From an uncultured Chloroflexia bacterium (GTDB lineage Bacteria; Chloroflexota; Limnocylindria; QHBO01): DNA of 64,000 nt. The notes under the pieces were generated by a model. That model searched no databases. It was not told the DNA's origin and worked only from the letters and a program-made list of their open reading frames with translations. Shown here piece by piece: positions 10,577 through 19,983 of the stretch. Within the stretch, counting starts at the first letter, position 1. Every line of letters starts with the position of its first letter. The translations under genes and the position numbers were made by a program. The stretch lies in NCBI GenBank assembly GCA_963825525.1, contig CAWGTN010000002.1:1856001-1920000 (forward strand), given 5' to 3'.

Positions 10577-11862
10577 CAGCTCGTCACCGTGGCCAGGTCG
10601 TCCCAGAACGTCGGGTACGAGACGGCGGCGCAGTCCGGGTCGTCGAGCGTGACCCCGGCCGCGATTCCGGTGACCGCCGCCACGGCGAACGCAATGGCGA
10701 TCCGATGATCGCCGTGGGTTCGGACCTCGGCCTCCGCCGGCGTGCCACGGCTCACCCGCCAGCCATTGTCCAGCTCCTCCACGTTGGCGCCGATGGCGCG
10801 CAGGCCCTCGACCACGGCGCCGATGCGATCGGTCTCCTTCACGCGCAGCTCGTCGGCGTCACGCAGCTCCGAGGGCTCCGCGACCGATGCCATGGCGATC
10901 GCCACCAGGGGCAGCTCGTCGATGAGCTCGGCCACCTGCGCGCCATGGATGGTCACCGCTTCGAGCGGCCGCCCGCCGCGAACCACGACCTCGCCGATCG
11001 GCTCCGGGCCAGCAACGTCGATGATCCGCGTCTCGATCTGCACGCCCATCCGCTGCAGCAGGCCGATGAGCGCGAGCCGGGTCGGATTGAGCCCAACGCG
11101 CTCCATGTGGATCTCGGCATCGGGGTGCAGCGCCGCCGCAACCAGCCATGCGGAGGCGGCCGATGGATCACCCGGCACCTCGAGCTCGAACGGGCGCGGT
11201 CGCGCCGGGCCGGTGAGCTCGGTGATGGCGCCCGCTCGTCGGATGGGGACGCCCATCCAGGCCAGCATGCGTTCGGTGTGGTCGCGGGTCGGCCCTGGCG
11301 TCTCGATACTGGTCTCGCCCGCCGCGCTCAGCCCCGCCAGGACACACGCGCCCAGCAGCTGGGCGCTCGCGACCGACAGCCGATGGGTGACGGCGCCCGG
11401 TGACGCACGTCCGACGATCGTGATCGGGGCATGGCCGTCGGTGGTGCTCACTTCCGCACCCGTCTGACGGAGGAGCTCGGCGACGCGCTCCATCGGCCGC
11501 GCGCGGAGCGATGCATCACCGTCGAGCGTGGCCCGCAGCGGCAGTCCGGCCAGCATGCCCGACAGCAGGCGCATGGTGGTGCCGGAGTTGCCGCAGTCGA
11601 GCGCCGCATGGCGCATCGGCCTACCGCGAACCTCCCAGCGATCCTCCGCGGCGAGCTGGATCTCGACACCCAGCTCGCGCAGGCAGCCAATGGTGCTCAG
11701 CACGTCGAGCCCGGGCGTCCGCATCGTCACCGTCGACGGGCCGCCGGAGAGCGCCGCGAAGATGAAGGCGCGGTGCGCTATCGACTTGTCGGGCGGCAGC
11801 GTCAAGGTTCCCCGAAGACGTGCCGCGGGAAGTATCGTCGGCGTGATCGATGCCGGCGTCAC
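10576..11862 (-). CDS. aroA: EPSP synthase
   Basis: [49 protein letters not shown] at 11862 overlaps the aroF stop. Confidence 0.96.
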   Translation of the reverse strand: MTPASITPTILPAARLRGTLTLPPDKSIAHRAFIFAALSGGPSTVTMRTPGLDVLSTIGCLRELGVEIQLAAEDRWEVRGRPMRHAALDCGNSGTTMRLLSGMLAGLPLRATLDGDASLRARPMERVAELLRQTGAEVSTTDGHAPITIVGRASPGAVTHRLSVASAQLLGACVLAGLSAAGETSIETPGPTRDHTERMLAWMGVPIRRAGAITELTGPARPRPFELEVPGDPSAASAWLVAAALHPDAEIHMERVGLNPTRLALIGLLQRMGVQIETRIIDVAGPEPIGEVVVRGGRPLEAVTIHGAQVAELIDELPLVAIAMASVAEPSELRDADELRVKETDRIGAVVEGLRAIGANVEELDNGWRVSRGTPAEAEVRTHGDHRIAIAFAVAAVTGIAAGVTLDDPDCAAVSYPTFWDDLATVTS

Positions 11863-13202
11863 CGTGCGCTTCCGGCCGTGGCCGCTTCCGCTTCGGTCAC
11901 GGACTGGGCGTGGCGGCGCTGGACCGAGCGCGATGCGCGGAGCAGCGCGTCGAACACGAGCGTGAGCTCCACCGGCGTCATCGGGCCGGACGTGCCACCG
12001 GCGGCGCGCTCGAGAAGCGCCCGTTCCCGCCGCGGGTCGTGGCCATGCGCCCCCGGCGCGCGGCGTCGCTGGACCTCGAGAGCCAGGGCCGCCCGCTCCT
12101 GGACCATCTCGGCCAGCCGAGCGTCGAGGTCGTCGATCCGATCGCGCACGTCGTCGATTCCATCGGCCGCGGTCGAGGCGGCGGTCACCGCCTGGCTCTC
12201 CGGGGCGCGAACGAACTGGAGGCGCCGAAGCTCGTCCATCAGGCCGCCGAACTCGTCGAAGTTGAGGCTCTGGTCGCCGTCCGATCGGGCATTGGCCGGG
12301 TCCGGGTGGACCTCGATGATCAGCCCGTCCGCGCCGACTGCGGCGCCGGCCAGTGCCATCGGTCCAACGAGCGCGCGATGGCCCGTGCCGTGGCTGGGGT
12401 CGACGATGATCGGCAGGTGGGTCAGGCTCCGCAGAACGGGCACGGCTGACAGGTCGAGCGTGTTGCGCGTTGCCGTCTCGAACGTCCGGATGCCGCGCTC
12501 GCACAGGATCACGTTCGGGTTGCCGGCCGACAGGATGTACTCGGCGGCAAGCAGCCACTCCTCGATGGTCGCGCTGAGCCCACGCTTGAGCAGCACGGGG
12601 CGGCGGCTCTGGCCCACGGCCTTCAGGAGCACGAAGTTGTGCATGTTGCGCGCGCCGACCTGGAGGATGTCCACGTGCTCCTCGAAGATCGGCACGTCGG
12701 TCGAGTCGACGACCTCGCTGATGACCGGCAGACCGGTCGCCTCGCGCGCCTCGGCGAGCAGCTTGAGGGCGGGGAGACCGAGCCCCTGGAACGAGTACGG
12801 GGAGCTGCGCGGCTTGAAGGCGCCGCCGCGCAGGACGCGCGCGCCCTCGCGGGCAACGCAGCGGGCCGTTTCGAGCAGCTGGTCGCGGGACTCCACCGCG
12901 CACGGGCCGGCCATGACGACCAGCTCCTGGCCCAGCCCGATCTCCACGCCGTTGGCGCGGACCCTGGTGCGCTCACCGGGCTCCTGCATGCTCGCGAGCT
13001 TGTATGGCGAGCTGACCCGGATCACCTGGTCGACGCCCGGCAGCGTTCCGAGGTGGCTGATCCGCTCGACGTCGCCCACCACTCCGATGACGGTCCGCTC
13101 CTCGCCCTCGCTGAGGAAGGCTTCGAGGCCGTTCTCCTCGACGGTGCGTTTCACGCCGTCGATCTCTTCTCGCGTCGCCGTCGGACGCATCACCACGATC
13201 AT
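11859..13202 (-). CDS. aroF: Type I-beta DAHP synthase with N-terminal ferredoxin/ACT-like domain and C-terminal AroQ-class chorismate mutase domain
   Basis: MIVVMRP...TVIGVVGD; [37 protein letters not shown]; C-terminus [15 protein letters not shown]...ERAALA...DPRRE. Confidence 0.95.
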   Translation of the reverse strand: MIVVMRPTATREEIDGVKRTVEENGLEAFLSEGEERTVIGVVGDVERISHLGTLPGVDQVIRVSSPYKLASMQEPGERTRVRANGVEIGLGQELVVMAGPCAVESRDQLLETARCVAREGARVLRGGAFKPRSSPYSFQGLGLPALKLLAEAREATGLPVISEVVDSTDVPIFEEHVDILQVGARNMHNFVLLKAVGQSRRPVLLKRGLSATIEEWLLAAEYILSAGNPNVILCERGIRTFETATRNTLDLSAVPVLRSLTHLPIIVDPSHGTGHRALVGPMALAGAAVGADGLIIEVHPDPANARSDGDQSLNFDEFGGLMDELRRLQFVRAPESQAVTAASTAADGIDDVRDRIDDLDARLAEMVQERAALALEVQRRRAPGAHGHDPRRERALLERAAGGTSGPMTPVELTLVFDALLRASRSVQRRHAQSVTEAEAATAGSAR

Positions 13203-13262
13203 TCGGTTGCCGCCTCTCGCTTGTTGCGCCGTTGTTCCGTTGTGCCCCGGCCCGCATCGGGG

Positions 13263-13296
13263 AAACAAAAAACGCAGGAGCTTGCGCTTCCTGCGT
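13263..13296 (-). terminator. Attenuator intrinsic terminator upstream of aroF
   Basis: Minus strand ACGCAGGAAGC-GCAA-GCTCCTGCGT followed by TTTTTGTTT. Confidence 0.9.
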
Positions 13297-13349
13297 CTGC
13301 GGGCACGAGTGCCTCTGCCGGCGAGATCTACTCGCCTGCCTCGTACCCG

Positions 13350-13376
13350 CTAGCCATAAAACCACATTGCGTTCAT
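13350..13376 (-). CDS. Leader peptide MNAMWFYG of the aro operon attenuator
   Basis: ATG AAC GCA ATG TGG TTT TAT GGC TAG, lying between a promoter and a terminator; tandem Trp-Phe-Tyr codons. Confidence 0.85.
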   Translation of the reverse strand: MNAMWFYG

Positions 13377-13386
13377 TGGTCCGCGG

Positions 13387-13415
13387 ACTGTAGGCCGCGG
13401 CGTTCCGCGTGTCAA
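13387..13415 (-). promoter_or_regulatory. Sigma70-type promoter of the aro operon
   Basis: TTGACA-17 nt-TACAGT on the minus strand, ending 10 nt before the leader ATG. Confidence 0.85.
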
Positions 13416-13434
13416 CCGGTCGGCGGGGTGCCCG

Positions 13435-13632
13435 GGTCGGCGGTGGGACGGCGGGCTGGTTCGGGGGTGGGAGTAACGGCCAGGCAGTGGCCGAAATTGC
13501 CTCGCGCCTGGGAGGTGGGGCCACGCAGGGCCGTCTTGCTTGGCTTTCGGTCCCACCCCGGAGGCCAATTTGGCCAATGAGTGGCCGTTGCTCCCAACGG
13601 GGGACGAACGCCAGCGGCAGTCCCATTCGACC
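13435..13632. repeat. Long imperfect inverted repeat (~200 bp)
   Basis: Nested arms TGGGAGTAACGGCCA/TGGCCGTTGCTCCCA, TGGCCGAAATTGCCTC/GAGGCCAATTTGGCCA, GTGGGAC/GTCCCAT. Confidence 0.75.
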
Positions 13633-13671
13633 TTCAATCCGGTGGCACAGCACTCGCACACGGAAGAGCGC

Positions 13672-14388
13672 TCAGCGGCCGAGGCGATCAGCATCCGCGG
13701 TGGATAGCGCCGTCCGGCCGCCGTCCACGGTCCAGACCGCCCCGGTGACGTAGCTCGCCGCCGGGCTCACCAGGAAGCCGATGACGTCGGCGACCTCATC
13801 GGCGGTCCCCATCCGACCGAGCGGCACATCGGTCCGGTGGTCGGCGGGGAGCAGACGCTCGTCGAAGTCGGTCGCGATGGCACCCGGCGCCACGACATTG
13901 ACGCGAACGCCGTCCGGCGCGCTGATGACGGCGAACGAGCGGGCCAGCCCCTCGAGCCCGGCCTTGGCGGCGGCGTAGGCTGGGGAGCGCAGCGAGCCCT
14001 CGACCGCACCCACGATGCTCCCTACCAGCACCACCGATCCCCGGGCCGAGACAAGGGCCGGCATGCACGCATTGAGCGCCTCGAAAGGAGCCGTGAGGTC
14101 CACCGCCAGGACCTCGTTCCAGTGCTCCCGGCTGTCCCACGGACCGGACGGCGGGACCCCCGCCGAGCAGACGAGCGCGTCGAGCGAACCCCCGCACGCT
14201 TCAAGTGCGCGAGACAGCACGGACGCATCGGCGGCATCGCCGGTGAGAAGCGTGAACGCTTTGAGGTCAGCGGTCTCCCGATCGATGCCCACGACCCGCC
14301 AGCCATCGGCAGCAAGGAGCTCGGCCGTTGCGCGGCCGATGCCGGCGGCGGCGCCGGTGACGATTGCGGTGCGGGATCCATCGGTCAT
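13672..14388 (-). CDS. SDR family oxidoreductase
   Basis: TGAAAGIG, YAAAK, RVNVVAPG, VTGAVWTVDGG. Confidence 0.92.
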   Translation of the reverse strand: MTDGSRTAIVTGAAAGIGRATAELLAADGWRVVGIDRETADLKAFTLLTGDAADASVLSRALEACGGSLDALVCSAGVPPSGPWDSREHWNEVLAVDLTAPFEALNACMPALVSARGSVVLVGSIVGAVEGSLRSPAYAAAKAGLEGLARSFAVISAPDGVRVNVVAPGAIATDFDERLLPADHRTDVPLGRMGTADEVADVIGFLVSPAASYVTGAVWTVDGGRTALSTADADRLGR

Positions 14389-14441
14389 TGCCGCGCCATG
14401 GTGACGGATCGGGTCAACCGGCGTGCTGGCGATACCTCGCC

Positions 14442-14471
14442 TTGACGCATGGAGCGCGACACACCTAGCAT
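14442..14471 (+). promoter_or_regulatory. Promoter of the T-box/trpE transcript
   Basis: TTGACG-18 nt-TAGCAT immediately upstream of T-box stem I. Confidence 0.7.
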
Positions 14472-14487
14472 GCGGCTCCAACTTCAG

Positions 14488-14740
14488 ACGGCAACGACCG
14501 GGACGAGTAGCCGGTTGCACGGTCAGAAGAGCGAGCCGGGATGGTGGAAGCCGGCGTGACACGGCATCGGTGAATGGACCCGCGAGCCTCGCTCCGAATG
14601 GGCACGACGCCCGGTAGGCAGCGACGGGACCGGCCACCGTTACCATCGGCCTCGAACGAGCGCGGACCCGACCGGGTCCGAACCAAGGGTGGCACCGCGG
14701 AATAGAGCCTCCGTCCCTGATCCGGATGGAGGCTTTGTCG
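14488..14740 (+). ncRNA. Trp-specific T-box riboswitch
   Basis: AGTA and AG boxes, GGTGGAA loop, specifier GAA-TGG-A (UGG at 14575-14577), T-box AACCAAGGGTGGCACCGCGG (14681-14700), hairpin AGCCTCCGTCC/GGATGGAGGCT. Confidence 0.93.
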
Positions 14741-14760
14741 TACGCCACAGCAGGAACCCG

Positions 14761-16122
14761 ATGACCATCGCAACCCCGGCACGCGTCACCAGCATCGAGC
14801 TGGCCGCGGACACGCTGACTCCCGTCGCCGCCGCGCTGCGTCTCGGGTCGCGCTGCGCGTTCCTCCTCGAGAGCGTGGAGGGCGGCGCGCGCTACGGGCG
14901 CTACTCGATCGCCGGCGTCCATGGCCGGACCCTGGTGGTCCAGCCGGGCGATGGAGATCCGCTCGAGGTCCTGCGCGCCGAGCTCCCGGACGTCACCCCC
15001 TCGGTCGGCGACCCGGCCTTCCCACTCGCCTCGGGGGTCGGCTACCTCGCCTACGAGGCCACCTCCCACTGGGAGCGGCTGCCGTCGCCCTCGAGCGACC
15101 CGCTCGCCATGCCGGACGCGGTGTTCCACGTGCCGTCGTCGGTCATCGTCTTCGATCACCTTGCCCAGGTGGCCCGCGTCGCAACCCTGGACGGGCCCGG
15201 GGCCGATGAGCGCCTGGCCGATGTCGTGCGCGCGCTGGCAACGCCGGCCCAGGGCGAGGTGCCCGCGCCATTCGCTGCGGCCGTCGTGCCGGTCGAGACG
15301 GACCCGGCGGCACGGGCCGCCTACGAGCGCGGGGTGGCGCGGCTGGTTGACGAGATCCACGCCGGCGAGATGCTGCAGACCGTCCTGGCACGACGCTTCT
15401 CGGTGCCCACGGATCGCACCGCGCTCGACATCTACCGATCGCTGCGACGCGTCAACCCGTCGCCGTACCTGTACTACCTCGACCTTGCGGTGGTGTCGCC
15501 GGGCGCCGCGGTTGTCGGAGCCTCGCCCGAGCTGCTGGTCCGGGTGCGCGACGGTGATGTGGTCACTCGGCCCATTGCCGGCACCCGACGTCGCGACGAC
15601 GATCCGGCCGTCGACGCCGCGCTCGAGGCCGAGCTGCGAGTGGATCCGAAGGAGCTGGCGGAGCACGCCATGCTCGTGGACCTGGCCCGTAACGATGTCG
15701 GCCGGGTGGCGGCCGCCGGGAGCGTCGAGGTCACCATCCTTCGCGACGTCGAGCGCTACGCCCACGTCATGCACCTCGTGTCGGAGGTTCGCGGCCGATT
15801 GGCGGACCGCCTCGACGCATTCGATGCCGTCCGTTCCGTCTTCCCCGCCGGCACCGTGAGCGGTGCCCCGAAAGTGCGCGCCATGGAGGCCATCGCCGAG
15901 CTCGAAGGGGAGCGGCGCGGCCCGTACGGCGGCGCGGTCGGCTACTTCTCGCCCACCGACGTTGAATGTGCGATCACCATTCGCAGCGCCCTGATCCGCG
16001 ACGGGGTGGCGACGGTCCATGCCGGGGCCGGGATCGTGGCGGACTCGGTTCCGGATCGGGAGGCGGCCGAGGTGGCGGCCAAGGCGGCCTCGATGCTGGC
16101 GGCCATCGGCGGTCCATCGTGA
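14761..16122 (+). CDS. trpE: Anthranilate synthase component I
   Basis: LLESVEGG...GRYS, NPSPYLY, GASPELLV, PIAGT, EHAMLVDLARND, GTVSGAPK, AGAGIV. The Trp T-box upstream favours TrpE over PabB. Confidence 0.92.
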   Translation: MTIATPARVTSIELAADTLTPVAAALRLGSRCAFLLESVEGGARYGRYSIAGVHGRTLVVQPGDGDPLEVLRAELPDVTPSVGDPAFPLASGVGYLAYEATSHWERLPSPSSDPLAMPDAVFHVPSSVIVFDHLAQVARVATLDGPGADERLADVVRALATPAQGEVPAPFAAAVVPVETDPAARAAYERGVARLVDEIHAGEMLQTVLARRFSVPTDRTALDIYRSLRRVNPSPYLYYLDLAVVSPGAAVVGASPELLVRVRDGDVVTRPIAGTRRRDDDPAVDAALEAELRVDPKELAEHAMLVDLARNDVGRVAAAGSVEVTILRDVERYAHVMHLVSEVRGRLADRLDAFDAVRSVFPAGTVSGAPKVRAMEAIAELEGERRGPYGGAVGYFSPTDVECAITIRSALIRDGVATVHAGAGIVADSVPDREAAEVAAKAASMLAAIGGPS

Positions 16123-16704
16123 AGGTCTTCCTGCTCGATAACTACGACTCCTTCACCTACAACCTCGTCCAGCTGCTGGCCCGCATCGGCGCCGATGTCA
16201 GCGTCGCGCGCAACGACCAGGTCACCGTGGCCGAGGTGGACGAGATGGCGCCCGACGCCGTCGTCATCTCGCCGGGGCCGTCATTGCCGGAGCGGGCGGG
16301 GATCAGCGTGGAGCTCGTGCAGCGGCTCGGGCCGACAATCCCGACGCTCGGCGTGTGCCTGGGGCACCAGGCCATCGGCGTCGCGTACGGCGCGACCGTC
16401 GATTCGCGTCCCGCCGGTCCACGGCAAGGCCTGGCCGGTGCATCACGCCGGATCAGCGTCGTTCGAGGGTCTCGCCTCTCCATTCGACGCGGCCCGCTAC
16501 CACTCGCTGGCGGTGGCGCGCGACGGGCTGCCGGGCGAGCTCGAGGTCACCGCCTGGTCCGATGACGGCGTGATCATGGGAATGCGCCATCGCGTCCACC
16601 CGGTGGAGGGATTCCAGTTCCACCCCGAATCGATTCTGACCGATGACGGGGAGGCGCTGGTGGCGGGATTCCTGCGGCGGGCTGCCGGCGTGCCGGCACG
16701 CTAG
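16119..16704 (+). CDS. trpG: Anthranilate synthase component II, glutamine amidotransferase (indel near 16403)
   Basis: LDNYDSFTYNL, SPGP, GVCLGHQ, then RYHSL and QFHPES in the other frame. Confidence 0.92.
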
Positions 16705-17370
16705 ATGACGAGCGCAGAGCCCATTTCCAGCGCGATTCGCCTCCGATTCGCCGATGAGCCCGGGGCACTGGTCGAGATCGTGACCGCGATTGCCGCGGCG
16801 GGCGGACGGCTTCGGACGCTCTCGACGCCCCGCGTGGTCGACGCGGTCGCCGAGGCCGAGCTCGAGGTGATCGGGCTGGACGAGGCCGGGCTGTCGGCCG
16901 CACTGGCCGAGGTCGCCGTGATCGAGTCCCGCGAGCCGACGCGGATCCTCGACCGGGTGTTCGGCAAGCGTGTGATCGTCATCGGCGGCGGCGCGCAGGT
17001 CGCGCAGGTGGCCCTCGGCGCCGTCTCGGAGGCCGATCGCCACAACCTGCGCGGCGAGCGCATCAGCGTCGACACCATCGCGCTGGTGGGGGAGGAGGCG
17101 ATCGCCGCGGCGGTGCGCGCGGTGGCGGACCTGCCGCGGGCCCGATGCCTGGTGCTCGCCGGGGCCATCATGGGCGGCCAGATCACCGCGGCGGTCCGCG
17201 AGCTGCGCGAGCACGGCGTGCCGGTCATCGCACTGAACATGGCCGGGTCGGTGCCCGATGCGGCCGACCTCGTGGTGTCAGACCCGGTCCAGGCTGGCAC
17301 CATGGCGGTCATGGCCATCGCCGACACCGCCCAGTTCGACCTCGCCCGCCAGCGCGGCCGCCGCTACTGA
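16705..17370 (+). CDS. ACT-domain protein of the AF1403/DUF5612 family
   Basis: N-terminal DEPGAL ACT motif; C-terminal [37 protein letters not shown]...LNMAGSV...DPVQAG. Confidence 0.8.
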   Translation: MTSAEPISSAIRLRFADEPGALVEIVTAIAAAGGRLRTLSTPRVVDAVAEAELEVIGLDEAGLSAALAEVAVIESREPTRILDRVFGKRVIVIGGGAQVAQVALGAVSEADRHNLRGERISVDTIALVGEEAIAAAVRAVADLPRARCLVLAGAIMGGQITAAVRELREHGVPVIALNMAGSVPDAADLVVSDPVQAGTMAVMAIADTAQFDLARQRGRRY

Positions 17371-17399
17371 ACCGTGAGGCGGCTACCATCGGCCTAGAC

Positions 17400-18083
17400 A
17401 TGTGTGGTCGATTCAGCCAGGGCGAGCCGTCGCATCGGATCAGCGACTATTTCGGCGCATATCCCGACGAGGACCTGCCCGATGGGCTCTACAACGTCCC
17501 GCCGACCGAGACGATCCGGATGGTCGTCCAGCGCGATGACGAGCGTCGCCTGGTCGCCGCGCGATGGGGATTTCGACCCTTCTGGGCCGATGCCAGCGGG
17601 CCGGGCGCGAAGTCATGGATCAACGCCCGATCCGAGGCGGCGTGGGACTCGCCGGCGTTCAGTCGCTCGCTCCGAGGTCGCCGCTGCATCGTGCCCGCTG
17701 ACGCGTTCTACGAGTGGGATCGCAGCACGTCACCGCGCCAGCCCTATGCCATCGGGCCGGCCGCCGGGGACGAGATGCTGGCGCTCGCCGCCATCTTCAG
17801 CCCGATTCACGACGAGCTGCCCACCACGGCCGTGCTGACCACGGCACCCAATCGGCTGCTCGCTCCGATCCACAACCGGATGCCGGTGATCCTTGGACGG
17901 GACGCGTTCGACGCCTGGCTCGATCCGGATGCGGACCTCGGGATCATCGCGTCGCTGCTGCGTCCCGCGGATGACGATGTCCTTCGCATGTGGCCCGTGA
18001 GCACTGCGGTCAATCGGGTTGCTGCGGACGGCCCCGATCTGCTGCGGCCGGTCGAGTTGGCGCCGACGCTCGGGTTGGCCTAG
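17400..18083 (+). CDS. SOS response-associated peptidase (SRAP/HMCES, YedK-like)
   Basis: MCGRF N-terminus, YNVPP, INARSE, RCIVPADAFYEW, IHNRMPVIL. Confidence 0.93.
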   Translation: MCGRFSQGEPSHRISDYFGAYPDEDLPDGLYNVPPTETIRMVVQRDDERRLVAARWGFRPFWADASGPGAKSWINARSEAAWDSPAFSRSLRGRRCIVPADAFYEWDRSTSPRQPYAIGPAAGDEMLALAAIFSPIHDELPTTAVLTTAPNRLLAPIHNRMPVILGRDAFDAWLDPDADLGIIASLLRPADDDVLRMWPVSTAVNRVAADGPDLLRPVELAPTLGLA

Positions 18084-18086
18084 GCC

Positions 18087-18671
18087 TCAGTCGCGACGCC
18101 GGTCGCCCGCCAGCCTCCAGGCCGCCGGAAGCAGGCCCGCGGCGATCATGATCTTCAGGGCGTCGCCCATGAGGAACGGCGTCACGCCCATGCCGATCGC
18201 GGCCGGCAGGTCCACGCCAAGCGAGACGGCCAGCCAGCTGACGCCCAGGGCGTAGATCAGCAGGTTCCCAGCGACCATCAGGCCCGCAGTCCCCACAAAG
18301 GTTCGGTCGGCCCCGCGGCGCGCGAACGCCCCGACGACGACTGCCGCCACGATGAACCCGACGATGTAGCCGAACGACGCGAACTCCCACCCCGAGCGCT
18401 GCTCGCTGAACCACGGGACGCCGAGCGTGCCAGCCACGAGGTACAGGCCCATCGCCGCGCCGCCCCGCATCGGCCCGAGCGCGGCACCGGCCAACAGGAC
18501 GGTCAGCGTCTGCAGGCTCAACGGGACGGGCGTGAAGGGAAGCGGAACGGCGATCTGCGCGGCGATGCCGGTGAGCGCCGCCGCGCCCGCGATCAATGCC
18601 AGGTCGCGGACGAGGTTGCCGGGGAGCAGATCGGCCAGGACGCGGGGGCGGGCGGCTGCCTGTGCTGTCAT
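18087..18671 (-). CDS. bioY: Biotin transporter BioY
   Basis: PVPLSLQTL, YLVAGTLGVPWF, SFGYIVGF, PFLMGDALK. Confidence 0.92.
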   Translation of the reverse strand: MTAQAAARPRVLADLLPGNLVRDLALIAGAAALTGIAAQIAVPLPFTPVPLSLQTLTVLLAGAALGPMRGGAAMGLYLVAGTLGVPWFSEQRSGWEFASFGYIVGFIVAAVVVGAFARRGADRTFVGTAGLMVAGNLLIYALGVSWLAVSLGVDLPAAIGMGVTPFLMGDALKIMIAAGLLPAAWRLAGDRRRD

Positions 18672-18695
18672 GGCGCGCAGCCTAGCATCGGCGCG

Positions 18696-19719
18696 TCAGA
18701 GCGCGAGGGTCGCCGCCGCCGCGAGGGCCGAGCCGCGCGCGCCGGCCATGTCGCGGTCCGGCACGAGCACGAATTGCGCGATGGCCGCCTGCTCCTCCCG
18801 CAGCTGGGTGTGTTCGCGGACGCGGCCGAGAAACCACTCGCCGAAGTGCGGCGCCGCCTCCACCACGCCGCCGCCCACGAAGTAGACCGCCGGGTCGCTG
18901 TAGTTGGCCGCGATCGTGAAGAGCCGGCCGAGCGCGGCGGCCTGCTGGTCGAACAGGGCGAGCGCCATCTCGTCGCCGTCGACGCCGTAGCCGCGGACCG
19001 CCTTGGCGGCATCGGCCGGCGGCATGACCGCCAGGGGATGGTCGGGATACCGGCTCAGCCAGTAGGGGAGCAGGTTGCGAACGATCCCGGTCAGCGAGGC
19101 GATGCTCTCGACGTCGCCGGGGTTGCCGCAGCCGCAGATCGGCATCGGCTGGTCGTCGGCCAGGATGCCGTCCGTTGCGATCCGCACGTGCCCGAGCTCG
19201 CCGGCCATCCCGGACGCGCCCCGAACGACGTGCCCCGCCTCGATGACCCCGCCGCCGAGCCCGGTGCCGACGATGGCCGACACCGACGAGCTGGTCGAGG
19301 CGGCCGCGCCCAGCAGAACGTGATGCGCGTACAGGGCGGCCGCGTTGCCGTCATTGTTGTAGGTGACTGGCAGGCCGATGCGCTCCTCGAGCGCCGGCGC
19401 GCACGTCGTACCCCCACCATGCCGGCTGCGCGAAGTTCGTGGCGCCCTTCACGCTGATCACGCCATCCGCGCTCGCGGGGCCGGGCGTGTCGAGCCCGAC
19501 GGCCGCGACACGGTCGCGGCCGATGCCCGGTCTCGCGCAGGACGAGTTCCATGGTCTCGGCCATGGCCTCGATCGCCGATGCGGGCCCCTCGCCACGCGG
19601 CTCGGAATCTCGTACATGCGGTCGACGAGGAATCGGCCCGACGCGTCGAGGACGGTGGCGTTGTTCTTCGTCGCGCCGTTGTCGATCCCGACCACGACGC
19701 GCTCACTTGGGCTGGGCAT
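18696..19719 (-). CDS. ROK family sugar kinase (several frameshifts between 19300 and 19600)
   Basis: VVGIDNGATK, VGLDTPGP, YNNDGNAAA, GTGLGGG, AGELGH, CGCGNPG, found across frames. Confidence 0.85.
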
Positions 19720-19764
19720 CCCGCTCATCCTAGTGGCGCGCGCTCGGCTCGGGTCGCCTTCGGC

Positions 19765-19943
19765 CTCGATAGATGACTGGATTTCGCACGGGAGGTGCTG
19801 ACGGTGCGCGGTTCCCGCGATCTATCGAGGGGGTGGGAGCGTGAGAGGCGCGGCCACGGGCAGCTCGTGCGGCGGGGCCATCGATACATCGCGGGTTTGA
19901 CACCTGCGGCAGCTTTCCCGTGAACCTCCCTCGATATATCGAG
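19765..19943. repeat. Dispersed four-motif palindromic element, copy 1
   Basis: 10-mers at 19765, 19820, 19880, 19934 (CTCGATAGAT, ATCTATCGAG, ATCGATACAT, ATATATCGAG); homologous to 51995-52173. Confidence 0.85.
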
Positions 19944-19983
19944 CTCCCAAGGTGGCACGCCACCGGCCCGCTACGATTCGATC

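Noticed and set aside
19765-19943. CRISPR interpretation of the regularly spaced motifs (also 51995-52173)
   Set aside because: Repeats are only about 10 bp, alternate in orientation, and no cas genes are present.
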